A stretch of 64,000 nt of DNA from Patescibacteria group bacterium (lineage in GTDB: Bacteria; Patescibacteriota; Patescibacteriia; JAHIZJ01), in NCBI GenBank assembly GCA_041650335.1, contig JBAZLK010000005.1, positions 10,580 through 74,579 on the forward strand, written 5' to 3'. Within the stretch, counting starts at the first letter, position 1, and every line of letters starts with the position of its first letter. This document shows positions 9,040 through 18,608 of the stretch, piece by piece. Both the position numbers and the translations under genes were made by a program. Under the pieces are notes generated by a model, which worked only from the letters and a program-made list of their open reading frames with translations, searched no databases and was not told where the DNA came from.

Positions 9040-10425
9040 ATGACAAACGAACAACTCTGGGAATCAGTACTCGGAGAATTAGAACTTACCCTGAGTAAAG
9101 CAAATTTTACAACCTGGTTTAAAAATACGTTTATTGCTACATATGACGATAATATTGTTGTGATCGCGGTGCCTAATGCTTTCACGAAAACGTGGTTTGA
9201 AAATAAATACCACGCCCCGATACAAAAAACACTTCGGCACCTGACAAACAACGAACATTTAGAAGTAACCTATAAAATTACCAGCGCTCATAATTACCGT
9301 GTGCGCGAACTGCAGTCAACGGATTTGGCTGGGCCAACGGCGGCGGCCGTTCTTGAAACGAGTGCCGTAACAGCCGAGGAAACAAACACCGGTCTGAGCG
9401 AGGGCGGCTTAAACCCGCGCTACACGTTCGATAATTTCATCGTTGGGAAGGGAAATGAGCTCGCCAAGGCAGCGGCCGTGGCGGTGGCCAATAAACTCGG
9501 GACGGTTTACAACCCGCTTTTTATTTATGGCGGCGTTGGCTTGGGTAAAACCCACCTCATGCAGGCGATCGGCAACGAGGTGTTGCAGAAGCAAAAAGGG
9601 AAACAGGTGTTGTATGTGACGTGTGAAAAATTTACGAGCGAGTTTATCCAGGCGGTCGGCCAGGGCAATGCGGCCGATTTTAAAAATCGGTATCGCAATG
9701 TTGATGTTCTTTTAATCGACGACATCCAATTTCTGGCCGGCAAAGAGGGTACGCAGGAAGAGTTTTTTCACACCTTTAACGCCCTCCATCATGCCAATAA
9801 GCAAGTGGTGATCAGCTCTGATCGACCGCCGAAGGCCATTCCGGCGCTCGAAAACAGGCTGATATCGCGTTTTGAATGGGGGATGATTGTTGATATCTCG
9901 CAGCCTGATTTTGAAACACGGATGGCGATTCTTGAATCAAAATGCTCTAGTAAAAAGCGTGTTTTAGACCAAAAAATCATGCATTTTATTGCCAATTCTG
10001 TTCAAAACAACATTCGCGAACTCGAGGGCGCCCTGAACAGAATTCTCGCCTACCACGAACTCAATAACACTGAGCCTACCCTTGATTCGACGCGCGCACT
10101 GCTTTCGAATATCACCAACCGACCAAAGAAAGGGGCGGTCGTTCCAAAACACGTTATCCAAACGGTAGCGAGTTTCTATGACATAAACATCGAGGATATT
10201 ACCGGCGCCAGCCGCAAAAAAGAGCTTGTTGTTCCTCGACAAATGATCATGTTTTTGTTACGCGAAGAGGTGGGTTGCTCCTACCCGCTGATTGGCCAGG
10301 AGCTTGGCGGGCGCGATCATACCACCGCCATGCACGCTCACACAAAAATCAAGAACGAATTACAAACCAACGAAAAACTCAACCAAGACCTCCAACTGAT
10401 TAAGCAGCGTTTATTCAATATGTAA
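9040..10425 (+). CDS. dnaA: Chromosomal replication initiator DnaA
   Basis: YTFDNFIVG, NPLFIYGGVGLGKTHL, DDIQF, NIRELEGAL, GGRDHTT. Confidence 0.98.
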   Translation: MTNEQLWESVLGELELTLSKANFTTWFKNTFIATYDDNIVVIAVPNAFTKTWFENKYHAPIQKTLRHLTNNEHLEVTYKITSAHNYRVRELQSTDLAGPTAAAVLETSAVTAEETNTGLSEGGLNPRYTFDNFIVGKGNELAKAAAVAVANKLGTVYNPLFIYGGVGLGKTHLMQAIGNEVLQKQKGKQVLYVTCEKFTSEFIQAVGQGNAADFKNRYRNVDVLLIDDIQFLAGKEGTQEEFFHTFNALHHANKQVVISSDRPPKAIPALENRLISRFEWGMIVDISQPDFETRMAILESKCSSKKRVLDQKIMHFIANSVQNNIRELEGALNRILAYHELNNTEPTLDSTRALLSNITNRPKKGAVVPKHVIQTVASFYDINIEDITGASRKKELVVPRQMIMFLLREEVGCSYPLIGQELGGRDHTTAMHAHTKIKNELQTNEKLNQDLQLIKQRLFNM

Positions 10426-10657
10426 GTCTGTGCAGGACGTGTGTGTAGTGTGTGACTCAATTGTGTGAAAATTTTTGCCCTTTCAATCTCCGATAAAACT
10501 TATCCCGCTTGTACACTCGCGCCATGCACGGATCGTCCCTTGCTCGCCCACACGTCAAATCGTCGTTACGTCAATCCAGGCGGGGTAAAAATGATTGTTC
10601 AATGAGTTATCAACTTCTCTATATCTATTACTATATTTATTAATCTCCCAAAGGTAT
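10426..10657. other. Candidate oriC (dnaA-dnaN intergenic) with basal-unwinding-system-like layout
   Basis: Degenerate boxes (TTATCCCGC 10500, TTATCAACT 10607-10615) followed by trio-like CTA-TAT-CTA-TTA-CTA and an AT-rich tract. Confidence 0.55.
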
Positions 10658-11761
10658 ATGAAATTCTCTTGTCTCCAAGAAAATTTAAACAAAGGCTTAG
10701 CTCACGTCGGACACCTCGCCAGTAAAAACGTTTCTCTGCCTATTTTAAACAACATCATGATTCAATGCGAGAACGGGGCGATCAAGCTTTCGGCGACCAA
10801 TCTTGAGGTTGGGGTCAACACGATAATTCGCGGCAAAGTTGAGGACGAGGGAAAGCTGACGATACCGGCGCGAACCATCTCGGATTATGTTTCATTGCTG
10901 TCTGACTCAAAAGTTGAGGTAGTAAGCGAGGGGCTTGAGTTGAAAATTGCCACCAAAAACGCTCGCACGACTATCAAAGGCCAATCCGCCGACGAATTTC
11001 CTTTGATCCCAAAGATAGAGCATAAAAACCCTTATCAGGTTCACACCAAAGACCTAAAAAAGGCTCTAAATCAAGTGGTTTATGCGGTGGCGCAGGATGA
11101 ATCGCGACCCGAAATAAGCGGTGTATTTTTCAGTTTTTCGGGCAATTTTCTGACGGTTGTGGCGACGGATAGTTATCGTTTGGCTGAGCGAAAAATTAAA
11201 CTTGTCCAGCCGGCCAAGGAAACAGTTGAATTAATTGTGCCAACCCGGACCATTCAGGAATTAACGCGCATTATTGGCGAAGGGGCGGAGACGGTCGAAA
11301 TGTATTTTACGGAAAATCAAATACTGTTCGTCTGCGAAGGCATTGAGTTGATCTCTCGGGTGATCGAGGGGCGCTACCCGGATTATAAACAAATTATTCC
11401 GCAAGAACATAAAACGCTGGCAACGTTTGATAAGGAAGAGATGATAAAGGCGGTGAAGTCGGCCGCGTTGTTTTCGAAATCCGGCATCAATGACGTCAGC
11501 CTGAAAATTCAGCCGGATAAACATCAAATGATTGTGGCTTCGACAAACGCCCAGCTGGGCGAAAGCATAACTGAGGTGCCGGCCGAAATCGAGGGTGTCG
11601 CAAACGAAGGTGTGTTTAATTATCGCTATCTCATTGACGGTCTTCAGAATCTCGACGTAGACGGTGTGGTGTTAGCGCTGATCGACGGTGCGAATCCCGG
11701 CACGCTTCGGGCGAAGAGCGGTACCGACTTTCTCTACATCATTATGCCGATAAAACAGTAG
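10658..11761 (+). CDS. dnaN: DNA polymerase III beta clamp
   Basis: SATNLE, VATDSYRL, SRVIEGRYPDY, IMPIK. Confidence 0.97.
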   Translation: MKFSCLQENLNKGLAHVGHLASKNVSLPILNNIMIQCENGAIKLSATNLEVGVNTIIRGKVEDEGKLTIPARTISDYVSLLSDSKVEVVSEGLELKIATKNARTTIKGQSADEFPLIPKIEHKNPYQVHTKDLKKALNQVVYAVAQDESRPEISGVFFSFSGNFLTVVATDSYRLAERKIKLVQPAKETVELIVPTRTIQELTRIIGEGAETVEMYFTENQILFVCEGIELISRVIEGRYPDYKQIIPQEHKTLATFDKEEMIKAVKSAALFSKSGINDVSLKIQPDKHQMIVASTNAQLGESITEVPAEIEGVANEGVFNYRYLIDGLQNLDVDGVVLALIDGANPGTLRAKSGTDFLYIIMPIKQ

Positions 11762-11763
11762 GC

Positions 11764-12057
11764 ATGGAGCGGCTGTCTTCTCAGCACTTCAATGTTTCGC
11801 TTGCCCGCGCAAAAATAAAGCCGCAGGTTGAGGCATCGAAAGTTCTTGAGTATTTTGAAACACTCCTGATTGAGCACTGGGGCAAAAAGGTGACAACGAG
11901 AGTCAAGCCGTTATCCCTGGTCGATGGAACGCTCCGGGTGGCGGTGCTCAGCTCGGTGTTGGCGGGCGAGGTGCGTCTGCGTGAACACCAGCTATTAAAA
12001 AAAATAAACCAGCGCTATGGGCAGCCAAAGGTAACAAAGATTGCGCTGGAAATATAA
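11764..12057 (+). CDS. DciA/DUF721 family protein
   Basis: PLSLVDGTLRVAVLSSVLAGEVRL...LLKKIN; directly after dnaN. Confidence 0.75.
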   Translation: MERLSSQHFNVSLARAKIKPQVEASKVLEYFETLLIEHWGKKVTTRVKPLSLVDGTLRVAVLSSVLAGEVRLREHQLLKKINQRYGQPKVTKIALEI

Positions 12058-14903
12058 TTATTCGACTGTAATTGTCCGGTAATCACTGAGCTCGGTTGAG
12101 CCGTCCTCTAATTTCGCCTCAAGATAGAGGCGGTAGGAGCCGGCGGATGGAGCGGTGGTCCAGGCGACGTGAAAGCGATTCGAGGAAAGCTCGGTCGTTT
12201 TTTGTATTAACTGGGGTTCGGCGCCGAGAAGGTAGACGGCGATCGAGGTGATCCCTTTCGGATGGTAAGCGTAGCCGGAGATGGTAAAAGGAAAATCAGC
12301 TTGGCTGAGAGCGGCGTTTTGGGTTGGGGTGATGAAGGTGTACGTCGGGCTTTCGCTCGAGAGGAGCAAATTAAGCGTCCGGTCGATTTCGACGACGCCA
12401 CCGTTTTTATCGTAAAAGAGTACTTTCAGGTATAGAAGCCGTTGGTGTTTTTTGAGACGTCTGCTTCAAGCGAATACGGCGATTCGGTCAGACTGCCAAG
12501 TTTTGTGGAATCAAGATACAGCTCAGCGCGATCAAGTTTGTACGACGCGTCGACGCGCACAGTAATCTTTAGCGGCGAGCTGGTGATGACGGCGTTGTCG
12601 GCCGGCGAAAGAACGGCGACGGCGTCTTTTTCTTTACTGCCGCCTTTGCGCAAACTGCAACTCTCTTTCTCAAGAGGTTTGCTTGAAGTAACATAACCAG
12701 GTTGACCCGCTGCCCAGCGCTGGACGCCTTCTTCCCAGCGGCTGAATTGGGGATCCTTCTGAGGATCAGAGGGGGCTGGATCGAGCGGCTTATCTTTATT
12801 GACGTAATACAAGATGGTGTGCGTTTCTTTGTAGGTCTTTTCGGCGATATATTCTTTTGGATAGGTATCGAGGCATTCGTCAGGAATTACGCGGCCGGTC
12901 AGTGAATCAACCTTCACCGTATGGACCTCATCAATCTGGCCGTTGAGCATCATCTTGTCGGTGTTGATGGATTTTGGCGGTTTAAACGTCTCAGAAGGCG
13001 TGCCAGTAAGCAGGGTGGCCATAAATTGATGCCAGATCGGTGCGGCTACAACGACGCCGTCCGCCCCGCTTTTCATCTCCGTGTTGTCATTGTTACCCAC
13101 CCAGACGCCAGCGGCTAACGACGGGGTGTAGCCGATCGTCCAGGCATCTCGGAAATCATTCGTCGTTCCAGTTTTTGCCGCCACGACACGGTCCGAAAGG
13201 ATCAGCGGGCTGCGGCTGCCAAAAATAAAGCTCCGGGCGTTATTATCCGTCAGAATACTGTTTATATTCCTGGCCACTTCTTCGTCCAGAACCCGCGATT
13301 CCTCTGGTTTAAATTCTTCCAGCACCTTGCCGTCCTTGTCTTCGACTTTTATGATCGCCGCCGTCGGGTGTCGGAGTCCTTCGCGGGCGAAGACGGAAAA
13401 CGCACTGACGTGCTCAAGCAACTTAACTTCACCGCCGCCCAAGACCAGAGAAAGGCCATAGCGGTCCTCGTCGTTCAGGGTGGAATACCCCATCGCGTGA
13501 GCGTTTTCAAGTACGTTTTTGAGGCCGGCCAGATATAATGTTTTTACCGCTGGGATATTTAGTGAGCCGGCCAGCGCCTGGCGCATGGAAACCGGTCCAT
13601 GCTCACGGCCGTCGTAGTTGTGGGGCGTGTAATCACCGAAGTTTGTCGTCACATCGAACAGCATTGTCTGCGGGCTGTACCCTTTACTAAAGGCGGTGGC
13701 GTACACAATCGGTTTGAAGGACGATCCGGGCTGACGCGGACGCAAAGCCACATTCACGTTGCCGTCGTGCTCCGTGTCGAAGTAGTCCGCTGATCCGACC
13801 AGGCTGAGTATTTCGCCTGTTTTTGGATCGAGAGCGACAAGCGAGGCATTCGAGCCGTTATACTGACGCACCTTGGCCATCCCGTCCGTGACCGCTTTTT
13901 CGGCCGCCTCTTGTTTAAACGTGTCGAGCGTGGTGGTCACCTTCAAGCCGCCCTGTTCGACCATTTTTTCGCCGTATTTTTCGGTCAGTAACTCTTTTAC
14001 GTAAAAGACAAAATGGGGCGCCGTGATATTTTCATGCAGCGGTTTAAATTCGATCGGAAAGGCTTTTGCCTCGGCGGCTTGCTCGGCCGTAATATAACGC
14101 TGCTCGACCATGAGATCAAGGATATAATGTTGCCGGCCGATCAAATCATCGACGTGGCTGCCGTATGGCGAATAATAGGTTGGTGACTGTGGCAAAGCGG
14201 CCAGAATAGCCGATTCGGCGAGGTTTAAATCACGGGCGCTCTTACCGAAATAGATCTGAGAGGCTGATTCGACTCCGTAGGCGACGGAGCCGTACGGAAT
14301 TTCATTGAAATACAGTTTCAGGATCTGATCTTTTGAAAACTTCCGTTCAATCTGGTAGGACAATACCAACTCTTTGATTTTTCGGGTATACGATTTTTCG
14401 CTGGTCAGGATGGCGTTCTTTACCAGCTGCTGGGTAATAGTCGAACCGCCCGGGCGGCTGCGCCCGACCGAGGTGATGTTTATGACCACCGCTCGGATCA
14501 GGCCGGTGATGTCAAAACCCGAGTGTTCATAGAAATGCTTGTCTTCAATGGCAATAGTGGCGTTTTTCAGATTGGCTGGTATTTCTTCGAGTGAAACCAA
14601 TGTTCGTTTTACGTCGCCGTGTATTTCATACAAAATTTGCGTCCCCGTGCGGTCATAAATTCTGGTGCTTTGCGCAACATTTCTGGTCAAGAGTTTGTTC
14701 GGGTCAGGTAGATCGCGGCTAAACCAGGCAAACGCGCCGACGACAACAATGCCGCCGAGCAAAACGAGGATAGCGGCCACCACCAGCGCTCGCCGCCACC
14801 ACCAAAAACGCGGACGAGGCTTTTTAGCAGTTGGTTGGGGCTTCTCCTCCGCGTTGGCTACTCGCCAGGTTTTCTGATATGGGGGAAGTTGAGTATTTGG
14901 CAT
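12058..14903 (-). CDS. Class A penicillin-binding protein with C-terminal Ig-like domains; frameshift near 12429
   Basis: EDKHFYEH, GGSTITQQL, SSFK, SLN, KTG motifs; frame stops at 12426, protein-like continuation in the -1 frame to 12058. Confidence 0.9.
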
Positions 14904-14985
14904 AATGAGGCGAAGATAACACGAAAAAACCGATAAATAACTAGCTTTGTCATTATACCAAAAGTCGACTATAATTATAAGTACT

Positions 14986-16176
14986 ATGGCGACAAAACGA
15001 AAAACACCTGAAGACTTGCTTAGCCGCGGGGTGGAGGAGATTATCCAGCGTTCGAGCTTGGAGGAGAAGCTGCGCTCTGGCCGGCCATTGCGTATCAAGC
15101 ACGGCGTTGACCCGACCACCAAGGACCTCCATTTGGGCTATGCGACGGTCTACCAGAAGCTTCGGGCGTTTCAGGAACTTGGCCACACGATTATTTTCTT
15201 AGTCGGCGATTTCACCGCTCGATTTGGCGATCCGACCGATCGGGTTCAACAACGAAATCTTCGTGCGAAGAACGACATTGAAGAGAAGGCACAGAGCTAC
15301 ATCAATCAAATCGGCAAGATCTTGGATATCAAGAAGACCGAAATCCGCCGCAATTCCGAATGGTACGAAAAAATGTCAGCCGAAGAACTCCTCCAGCTTC
15401 TCTCGCGCTTTACAGTTTCGCGGTTGCTCGAGCGGGACATGTTTGATAAGCGGCTTAAGGCGAAGAAAGAAATTGGCTACCATGAACCGGTCTATCCGAT
15501 TCTTCAAGCCTACGATTCAGTCCAGCTGAAATCAGATTTCACGGTCATCGGCACTGACCAGAAATTCAACGAGCTCCAGGGACGGATCCTGCAGAAAGAA
15601 TTCGGCCAGGCGCCCCAGGATGTGATGACGATGAAATTGTTAATTGGCACCGACGGCCAGCGCAAAATGAGCCAGAGCCTCGGAAATTACATCGGCATCA
15701 CGGAATCAGCCAATGAAATGTACGGCAAGGTCATGTCGATCCCAGACAGTTTGATCATGCATTACTTTGAACTCGCCACGCTAGTACCGGCCCGGGAACT
15801 AAAGGCGCTTGAGGGTGAATTACAATCAGGAGAAAATCCTCGCAACATAAAAGCGAGGCTCGCTCGCGAGATCGTGAAACAATATCATGGCAAAGTGGAG
15901 TCGGAAAAAGCGGCCGCTGAATTTGACCGAGTGTTTCGCGATAAAAAAACCCCGGAAAAAACAAGCGCCTATACCGTGACGAAGCAGCGGCTCAGCTTGC
16001 CCGAGGTTTTGGTAGCAGCAAAGCTCGCGTCGAGCAAGTCTGAAGCTCGTCGTTTAGTCGAGCAGGGCGGCGTGAAGATTGACGGAAAAGCGCACACAGA
16101 TTGGCAGCATCCGGTGAGCTTAAAGAAGGGGATGGTTATCCAGGCCGGGAAGCGGAAGTTTGTGAAGATTCAATAG
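14986..16176 (+). CDS. tyrS: Tyrosyl-tRNA synthetase
   Basis: HGVDPT..HLGY, YPILQAYD, GTDQKFN, KMSQS, C-terminal S4 domain. Confidence 0.97.
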   Translation: MATKRKTPEDLLSRGVEEIIQRSSLEEKLRSGRPLRIKHGVDPTTKDLHLGYATVYQKLRAFQELGHTIIFLVGDFTARFGDPTDRVQQRNLRAKNDIEEKAQSYINQIGKILDIKKTEIRRNSEWYEKMSAEELLQLLSRFTVSRLLERDMFDKRLKAKKEIGYHEPVYPILQAYDSVQLKSDFTVIGTDQKFNELQGRILQKEFGQAPQDVMTMKLLIGTDGQRKMSQSLGNYIGITESANEMYGKVMSIPDSLIMHYFELATLVPARELKALEGELQSGENPRNIKARLAREIVKQYHGKVESEKAAAEFDRVFRDKKTPEKTSAYTVTKQRLSLPEVLVAAKLASSKSEARRLVEQGGVKIDGKAHTDWQHPVSLKKGMVIQAGKRKFVKIQ

Positions 16177-16187
16177 ACTATCAATAT

Positions 16188-16221
16188 AAATAGCGCGGCC
16201 AAGAGGACGCCGCGTTATTTT
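16188..16221 (+). terminator. tyrS terminator
   Basis: aaatagcgcggc...gccgcgttatttt hairpin. Confidence 0.6.
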
Positions 16222-16241
16222 AATAGTCAGCAGATGGTTTC

Positions 16242-16313
16242 AGCTAACGTTTCGGCATATCTGATATTTGTCTCCGCTACACTACGGCAAATATCAGATA
16301 TGCCGTGTTATGC
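16242..16313 (-). mobile_element. attC-like recombination site
   Basis: Minus strand GCATAAC-A-[18-bp arm]-17 nt-[18-bp arm]-AAAC-GTTAGCT; perfect inverted repeat 16253-16270 / 16288-16305. Confidence 0.75.
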
Positions 16314-16330
16314 GAATCTGCAAAAATATT

Positions 16331-17005
16331 TTATTTATAAAGATAACCCACTCCTAGAATCATTGATTGTCCAAATCTTTTCTTATCTTTATTATCGACA
16401 AACGTAAGCAATGGTACCCCCTTCTTTTTACACTCCTCATGTTGATATTTGTTTTGACCCAAAACTATTTTTTTCCACGCTTTATTTACTTCCTCGTATG
16501 CGATAATGTCGTGAAATGCTGCCAGCCCATTTTTATCCAAAAAATTATTATAGTTTTTCCAATCATTTAATACCGACTTATATGTATGATCTCCATCAAT
16601 AAATAAAAAATCTATTTTTCTATTACCCAAATACTCTTTTAGGTCTTCTCGAGCTTTTTTAGAGGTAGATTTCCTTCTAATATGCAAATAATTATTTTTT
16701 GGATAAAGATGCCTTAGTTTATCAATCGTGTCTTCATATGTATAGAATTGTTTTTCATATTTTGATCCTGTTATATAAGGATCAATAGTGATGAAGGTAG
16801 TTCCCGAATTACCAAGAGTTGCAGATAATAGGTAAATAAAGCCGCCACGCGCCGATCCTATTTCTAAAATAATTTTGGGTCTTCTTCTTTTTATTTTCTC
16901 TAAGGTGTGGACAATCTCAAGCGGGGTTTGCCCCACGTCTGGACACTCAAAATTTGGACAATCAATTCTTAGTTTTTCTGTAATGTATTTTATTCTTTTG
17001 TTCAT
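16331..17005 (-). CDS. Class I SAM-dependent methyltransferase (Methyltransf_24-like), gene-cassette cargo
   Basis: ILEIGSARGG, IDFLFIDGDHTY, FHDI; markedly AT-rich versus neighbours. Confidence 0.88.
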   Translation of the reverse strand: MNKRIKYITEKLRIDCPNFECPDVGQTPLEIVHTLEKIKRRRPKIILEIGSARGGFIYLLSATLGNSGTTFITIDPYITGSKYEKQFYTYEDTIDKLRHLYPKNNYLHIRRKSTSKKAREDLKEYLGNRKIDFLFIDGDHTYKSVLNDWKNYNNFLDKNGLAAFHDIIAYEEVNKAWKKIVLGQNKYQHEECKKKGVPLLTFVDNKDKKRFGQSMILGVGYLYK

Positions 17006-17022
17006 AATTAAATATTTTTGCA

Positions 17023-17050
17023 GTTTCGCATAATAGAGTATATGCGAACT
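17023..17050. mobile_element. Symmetric dif/Xer-like 11-6-11 site at the cassette 5' junction
   Basis: GTTTCGCATAA-TAGAGT-ATATGCGAACT. Confidence 0.55.
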
Positions 17051-17296
17051 CAATGGTTATAACCCTTTAATTATTGCATACTTTTTAGGCCAGTGCTACG
17101 GTGGGTTTGGCGGGAGTAATTAACCCGTTTTTTGTATACATATAACAAGACAGTGTATCAAAGGACCGCTGTGGATTAAACTGTGTCCCGGCAAATTGAA
17201 TTTGCGGGGACAAGTGAAGACAAAGTTAGCGGAGACGGGGTAACAAGCTGTGGGGACGAGAAAGATACGCTGCGGGGATCGAGAAAAAATACGGAA

Positions 17297-17662
17297 TTAG
17301 AAATACTCATGCCCCGGATTCACCTCGTTCAGGCTCATTGCCCGCTGGTGTTCCGGCGGATAGATTTTGATGATGACAAACTTGCCGGATGTTGTTTTTG
17401 TCTCGGCGTGGATAGTCTGCTCGATAATCAGGCAGTGGCCCCAGTACAGCCACTTGCCGTCAATATTGTGCACCAGAAAAACGCGGCACGGCGGGGAATG
17501 ATACAGCCGCATGTTCGGCTTGTCATGAAAATCAAAAACGCGGCCTGTAAAATCATTAGCCGTGAATGGTTTCTTCAGGTGCGCCGCCAGCGTCAGTTCA
17601 GGCGGAAATCCCTGGGCGGTCGTAAGCTGGAGCGTGTCGTTGAATTCAATATAGCTGCCCAT
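17297..17662 (-). CDS. Hypothetical protein, last gene of the glucan cluster
   Basis: 121-aa ORF starting 9 nt after the galT-like stop. Confidence 0.75.
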   Translation of the reverse strand: MGSYIEFNDTLQLTTAQGFPPELTLAAHLKKPFTANDFTGRVFDFHDKPNMRLYHSPPCRVFLVHNIDGKWLYWGHCLIIEQTIHAETKTTSGKFVIIKIYPPEHQRAMSLNEVNPGHEYF

Positions 17663-17671
17663 GGGTTGGCA

Positions 17672-18604
17672 TTACTTCTTCCGGCGGTAAAATCGGGCCG
17701 CCTCCTCGGGCGAAACGGTATTGACGATCAGACGGGAGCCAAGCTCGAGACCGGCCCAGGTGTCGCGTCTCGGGCAGATGCGGATATAGAAGTGCTCATC
17801 TTTATAGTGGACAACTTGATGGACGTAGAAATTATAGGGAAAGTTTATGGCGTTTAGCTTCGAGAGGATCGGTTTCAAGGCGAGCGCCACCGAACGACGC
17901 TCCCGATCATTCAAATCGGCGAGATTGTCGATGTGCCGGCGGGTCAGAATCATTACCTCGTAATTATAGGTTGAGGCGTAGGGGGTGAGTACGGCAACGT
18001 TCTTGTCGTGCCAAACCCAGCGTGGTCCGCCCTGTTCCCGCTTGATCAGGCGGCAATAATAGCAGCGGCCGTTGCGGATTTCATATTCCTCGGCGCGAGC
18101 CAGTTTTTCCAGCACGTGGGGGGGGATGAATTCAGCGGCGAAGATCTGGGAATGGGCATGATCAATTGAGGCGCCGGCTTTACCGCCGTCATTCTTGAAA
18201 ACAAGGATATAGTTAATTCGCGGGTCTTTGGCAAGCACCTTGATCCGCTGACCGAATGTCTTGAGCACGGTGATCAGCTGGTCGAGCGACAATTCAGCCA
18301 ACTCAACATCGTGTTCCGGCGTTTCAATCACGACTTCCTGATGGCCGTAGACGGCCTGATTTGTTTCCTCAACGATCGGAAACTTGTTTTTTATCACCTT
18401 CACCTGCCACGGCCGTTTCCCAACCGTCGTAATGGCTTTCACCTTATCAACCACTTCGGGGCAAAAGGGACAGTCTTTCTTGTGAATCATCGGCGGAATA
18501 TGCTGGCTAAAGTTGTGCGGCCGCTTTGATCGTCCCGGCGCGATGATGACCTGACGGTTATGGATGTAGTCTTCTCGTATTTCGGCTTTGGGTGTCGGTT
18601 TCAT
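17672..18604 (-). CDS. GalT-family nucleotidyltransferase (Gal-1-P uridylyltransferase / ADP-glucose phosphorylase-like)
   Basis: RSKRP, CPFCP, NKFP, GHQEVVIETPEH, AGASIDHAHSQI, CYYC. Confidence 0.9.
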   Translation of the reverse strand: MKPTPKAEIREDYIHNRQVIIAPGRSKRPHNFSQHIPPMIHKKDCPFCPEVVDKVKAITTVGKRPWQVKVIKNKFPIVEETNQAVYGHQEVVIETPEHDVELAELSLDQLITVLKTFGQRIKVLAKDPRINYILVFKNDGGKAGASIDHAHSQIFAAEFIPPHVLEKLARAEEYEIRNGRCYYCRLIKREQGGPRWVWHDKNVAVLTPYASTYNYEVMILTRRHIDNLADLNDRERRSVALALKPILSKLNAINFPYNFYVHQVVHYKDEHFYIRICPRRDTWAGLELGSRLIVNTVSPEEAARFYRRKK

Positions 18605-18608
18605 ACGC

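Noticed and set aside
14904-15122. N-terminal extensions given by the ORF track (PBP, also tyrS, yebC, galT, sod, sufU, dnaA, dnaN)
   Set aside because: They overlap neighbouring genes or promoters; downstream ATGs match family N-termini.
17023-17050. The chromosomal terminus dif site
   Set aside because: It lies about 6 kb from dnaA, inconsistent with a terminus unless oriC is elsewhere; kept only as dif-like.
17183-17857. 224-aa plus-strand ORF
   Set aside because: Antisense to the galT-like gene and the 121-aa gene; no recognisable motifs.
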